From a virus (Duplodnaviria; Caudoviricetes): a stretch of DNA of 26,917 nt. Positions 23,891 to 26,917 of the stretch are shown here, piece after piece (position 1 is the first letter of the stretch; each line of letters begins with the position of its first letter). The stretch is from the IMG/VR virus record IMGVR_UViG_3300017761_001179, positions 1-26,917 of that record. The stretch is one strand, 5' to 3'. The notes under the pieces were generated by a model. It saw only the letters and a program-made list of their open reading frames with translations. It was not told the origin of the DNA and searched no databases. A program made the position numbers and the translations under genes.

Positions 23891-24423
23891 TGGCAACACA
23901 ACCAGATACAGAATTTTTACCAGACGATAGTAAGTTAAGTAATTTCAATTACCTAACAACAAATTACTTCCAAATAATGATCAGTAGAGCGCCTACTGTT
24001 TCATTCTTTGCTCAAGAAGTTACTTGCCCTGCTATTTCTATGCCTGAGTTGATTCAACCAACAACTTTAAGTACAACCATTCCACTGCCAGGAAATGCTT
24101 ATACATTTATGCCGTTGAATGTTAAATTCACATTAGATGAAGATCTAAGAGCATGGCAAGAAATCTATCACTGGATAACCACCATAGGTAACTACACAAG
24201 CACAGCCAATACAGTAGCATATCATGATCGATTCTCTGATATAACTCTCAGAATAACCAATAGTGCTTATAAAGGCAAATTTGAAGTTGTATTTAGAAAC
24301 GCATTTCCTATTGCTTTATCCGAGATACCATTTGCAATCACAGCCACAGACAATGTTCCATTGACTGCTACAGCCAGTTTTAAATACACATATTACGAGT
24401 TCAAAGTCTTGACTTCATCGTAA
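23890..24423 (+). CDS. gp3: Tail completion / tube terminator protein gp3
   Basis: NYLTTNYF..RAPTVSFFAQEVTCPAI, LPGN, FTLDEDL..WQEIYHWI, FRNAFPIALS, ATASFKYTYY; gp23-gp3-uvsY-uvsW synteny. Confidence 0.88.
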   Translation: MATQPDTEFLPDDSKLSNFNYLTTNYFQIMISRAPTVSFFAQEVTCPAISMPELIQPTTLSTTIPLPGNAYTFMPLNVKFTLDEDLRAWQEIYHWITTIGNYTSTANTVAYHDRFSDITLRITNSAYKGKFEVVFRNAFPIALSEIPFAITATDNVPLTATASFKYTYYEFKVLTSS

Positions 24424-24436
24424 TATGAGATATACT
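24409..24436 (+). promoter_or_regulatory. Sigma70-type (early/host RNAP) promoter TTGACT-N16-TATACT for uvsY
   Basis: -35 box at 24409-24414 and -10 box at 24431-24436, each 5/6 to consensus; ATG 7 nt after the -10 box. Confidence 0.62.
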
Positions 24437-24443
24437 GCTCGTT

Positions 24444-24878
24444 ATGACTTTTGATGATCTTAAAGAAATGGTCAAGAAAGATATCTCTTTGGACGAGACA
24501 CAACTCGACAAAGAATCTGCTCGTACTCCCCAAATCCATAATAAGTATCTTCTCTTCTTCATGGAAGAGAAGTTGTCACTTGCTCGTATGGAATCTGAAC
24601 TGGCTGTTCTTCGTAAGAAGAAATGGTTGTACTTCAGTGGTAAAATGAGCCAAGATGAATTGAATGATAATGGTTGGGAGCAATTTGATCTCCATATCCT
24701 AAAGAATGATATGGATAATTTTATTGAAGCCGATGATCAAGTAATTAAGCAGAAACTCAAGGTTGAGTATCAACGCGAAAAAGTTAACTACCTAGAGAAT
24801 GTGGTAAAGATCATCAATAATCGTCAATGGAACATTCGTTCTATCATTGATTGGGCAAAATTCACTAACGGCCAGTAA
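24444..24878 (+). CDS. uvsY: Recombination mediator protein UvsY
   Basis: LDKESARTPQIHNKYL, KKWLYFSGK, FIEADD, INNRQWNIRSIIDWAKF. Confidence 0.92.
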   Translation: MTFDDLKEMVKKDISLDETQLDKESARTPQIHNKYLLFFMEEKLSLARMESELAVLRKKKWLYFSGKMSQDELNDNGWEQFDLHILKNDMDNFIEADDQVIKQKLKVEYQREKVNYLENVVKIINNRQWNIRSIIDWAKFTNGQ

Positions 24879-24891
24879 ATAAATACTGGTA
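24878..24891 (+). promoter_or_regulatory. Late promoter (AATAAATA-ctgg-TA); predicted +1 is the A of the uvsW ATG
   Basis: Box 24878-24885; ATG at 24891; embedded in the inverted repeat CCAGTA/TACTGG. Confidence 0.7.
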
Positions 24892-26384
24892 TGGATTTAG
24901 TGATTGAAGACTTAGATTCTGTTTATATCAAAGTTAATTGTGAAAGAAGTATTGCCAAAGAACTGAACCAATACTTCACCTTCGCAGTACCTAATTATCA
25001 ATTTACTCCTGCTTATAAGAACAAAATCTGGGATGGACAGATTCGGTTATTCAATTTGTTTACACATACAATCTATGCAGGATTGTTGGATTATGTAGTC
25101 AAGTTTGCCAACGATAGAAACTATACAATCGAATATCCACAGCATTCTGATAAAAACTATACAGAAGAACAAGTGACTAAGTATGTCGAAGAATTCATTC
25201 GACCAACTGCGTCTGGTAAAAGAATCAGCGCACATGATTATCAAATAAAAGCAATTACACATGCGATACAGAAAGAAAGAACTCTTCTGTTATGTCCAAC
25301 TGGCAGTGGTAAATCATTAATCATTTATTGCTTGATGCGATTCTTTCTGGATCATATTAAGCCAGAGAAAAAAATTCTAGTTGTAGTTCCAACTGTTGGT
25401 CTTGTATCGCAGATGTACAGCGACTTTGAGGATTACTCAAAGGAAAACAAATGGTCTGTTGGAAGACACTGCTATACGATCTCATCTGGTAAAGAAAAAG
25501 ATACGCATAAGCGTGTGGTTATTTCTACTTGGCAAAGCATCTATAAGATGCCAAAAGAATTCTTTGATCAATTTGACATGGTAGTAGGTGATGAATGTCA
25601 TTTGTTTAAAGCCAAATCTTTATCATCACTTATGTCCAAACTTACAAGTTGTCCAATTCGTGTTGGTACAACTGGAACACTTGATGGAACCCATACACAC
25701 AAACTAGTGGTAGAGGGATTATTTGGAAGGGTATTACATGTTACTACAACCGCTACACTCATTGAAAAGAACCTCTTATCAAATCTGTCTATTGACTGCA
25801 TTCTACTTCAATACTCTGATCGAGATATTGAAGAAGCAAAACGAATGCTGTACAAAGAAGAAATAAAGTGGATCATTCTCAATAACAAACGAAACAAATT
25901 TATAAAGAATCTTTGCTCTAGTCTTAAAGGTAATACATTAGTTTTATTTAACTTTGTAGAGTTGCATGGTAAGCCTCTCTATGACATGTTCAAAAAAGAA
26001 ATACCGGATAAAGACATTTACTTTATTCACGGTGGAACTGATATAGATCAACGCGAAGAAATAAGAAAGGTAGTAGATAGAAGTGACAATTCAATCCTCT
26101 TGGCTTCCTATGGAACCTGCTCAACTGGTATTAATATTCGTAATATTCACAATGTCGTATTTGCTAGCCCGTCGAAATCTGTTGTACGCGTGTTACAATC
26201 GATTGGAAGAGGTCTACGCAAAAGTGAAACAAAAACTGCGGTGAATGTTTACGATATTGGTGATGACTTGCGTCATAAGAAGTATCGAAACCATTCGCTG
26301 AACCATATGGATGAGCGCATCCGAATATATACTAAAGAGAAGTTTAAGTATAAGTTGGTGTCGCTTCAACTCAAGGAGAACTGA
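24891..26384 (+). CDS. uvsW: SF2 DNA helicase UvsW
   Basis: WDGQIRLF, PTGSGKS (Walker A), GDECH (DExH), GTTGTL, STGINIRNIHNVVFASPSKS, LQSIGRGLRK. Confidence 0.96.
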   Translation: MDLVIEDLDSVYIKVNCERSIAKELNQYFTFAVPNYQFTPAYKNKIWDGQIRLFNLFTHTIYAGLLDYVVKFANDRNYTIEYPQHSDKNYTEEQVTKYVEEFIRPTASGKRISAHDYQIKAITHAIQKERTLLLCPTGSGKSLIIYCLMRFFLDHIKPEKKILVVVPTVGLVSQMYSDFEDYSKENKWSVGRHCYTISSGKEKDTHKRVVISTWQSIYKMPKEFFDQFDMVVGDECHLFKAKSLSSLMSKLTSCPIRVGTTGTLDGTHTHKLVVEGLFGRVLHVTTTATLIEKNLLSNLSIDCILLQYSDRDIEEAKRMLYKEEIKWIILNNKRNKFIKNLCSSLKGNTLVLFNFVELHGKPLYDMFKKEIPDKDIYFIHGGTDIDQREEIRKVVDRSDNSILLASYGTCSTGINIRNIHNVVFASPSKSVVRVLQSIGRGLRKSETKTAVNVYDIGDDLRHKKYRNHSLNHMDERIRIYTKEKFKYKLVSLQLKEN

Positions 26385-26917
26385 ATGGAACAAATCTATA
26401 AAGTAATCAAACTAAGAAGTGGTGAAGAACTGATTGCTGAGATTGCTAGTTCTGAAAATGACAAAGTGACTCTTCTTAAGCCTATGGTATTTAAATCAAT
26501 AGTGCTTCCTGATCCAATGGGTATGCCAAAAGAAGGTATTGTTCTTAAGAATTGGTTAGCATTTGGTAACCAAACAGAAACAACCATTCCATCAGATTTT
26601 ATTGCTACTATTTTAGAGCCAACTCAAGATGTTGTGTCATACTATCTTTCCGAAAAAGATAGACAAGGTGGGTTTGAAAAAACGCCACTTGATGAGTTTA
26701 CTAATCAGATAAAACCAAAGATTACGCCTGAGCAAGACATGAGTGCGGCTGATTATGAAGATATGATATCTGAAATGTTCGACACTATTTTTAATGGCAT
26801 AACAGAACCAAAAAAGAATGATTCTAAGCCAGGTAAGAAAAAGAAAAAAGCAAAGGAAGAAGTAATCCATATGAGTATGGTCTTCTCTCCACAAGCCTTG
26901 GCTTTTATGATTAACGA
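26385..26917 (+). CDS. Hypothetical protein, 3'-truncated (Sm-like-fold type found after uvsW in aquatic T4-like phages); absent from the supplied ORF track
   Basis: AAGGAG SD at 26373-26378 and ATG at 26385; the frame is open to the window end: MEQIYKVIKLRSGEELIAEI..LLKPM..LKNWL.. (KLxSGEE[LI]IA motif). Confidence 0.8.
   Translation, partial: MEQIYKVIKLRSGEELIAEIASSENDKVTLLKPMVFKSIVLPDPMGMPKEGIVLKNWLAFGNQTETTIPSDFIATILEPTQDVVSYYLSEKDRQGGFEKTPLDEFTNQIKPKITPEQDMSAADYEDMISEMFDTIFNGITEPKKNDSKPGKKKKKAKEEVIHMSMVFSPQALAFMIN

Noticed and set aside
1-26917. Stop-codon reassignment (credible genes end in TAA or TGA, not TAG)
   Set aside because: All core genes are uninterrupted under the standard code, and low TAG use is normal in AT-rich phages.

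Overview
This is a segment of a large T4-like myophage genome (about 35-40% GC by eye, all credible genes on the + strand). From 10961 to the end it carries the conserved T4-type morphogenesis module in the gene order typical of aquatic/cyanophage-like T4 relatives: gp13, gp14, gp15, gp16, gp17, gp18, gp19, gp20, two gp67/gp68-like core genes, gp21, an inserted gene, gp22, gp23, a terminator, gp3, uvsY, uvsW and a truncated conserved hypothetical gene. The first 10.9 kb is accessory: four large paralogous modular proteins (the first truncated by the window edge) built from short G-X-T collagen-like tracts, Cys-rich 'G[AS]CC' repeats, a degenerate RCC1-like propeller and DUF1566/Lcl-like (C-type-lectin-fold) C-terminal domains, followed by a small CxxCGC..CP protein. 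Other notable signals are a precise late-promoter motif (TAAATA-N4-TA), three consecutive genes apparently built for leaderless mRNAs, an RBS-occluding hairpin in front of an unusually short tail-sheath gene, a candidate capsid-targeted internal protein between gp21 and gp22, and a G-X-T(G) motif spread across virion proteins. Family calls come from motif recognition only; no database searches were run.
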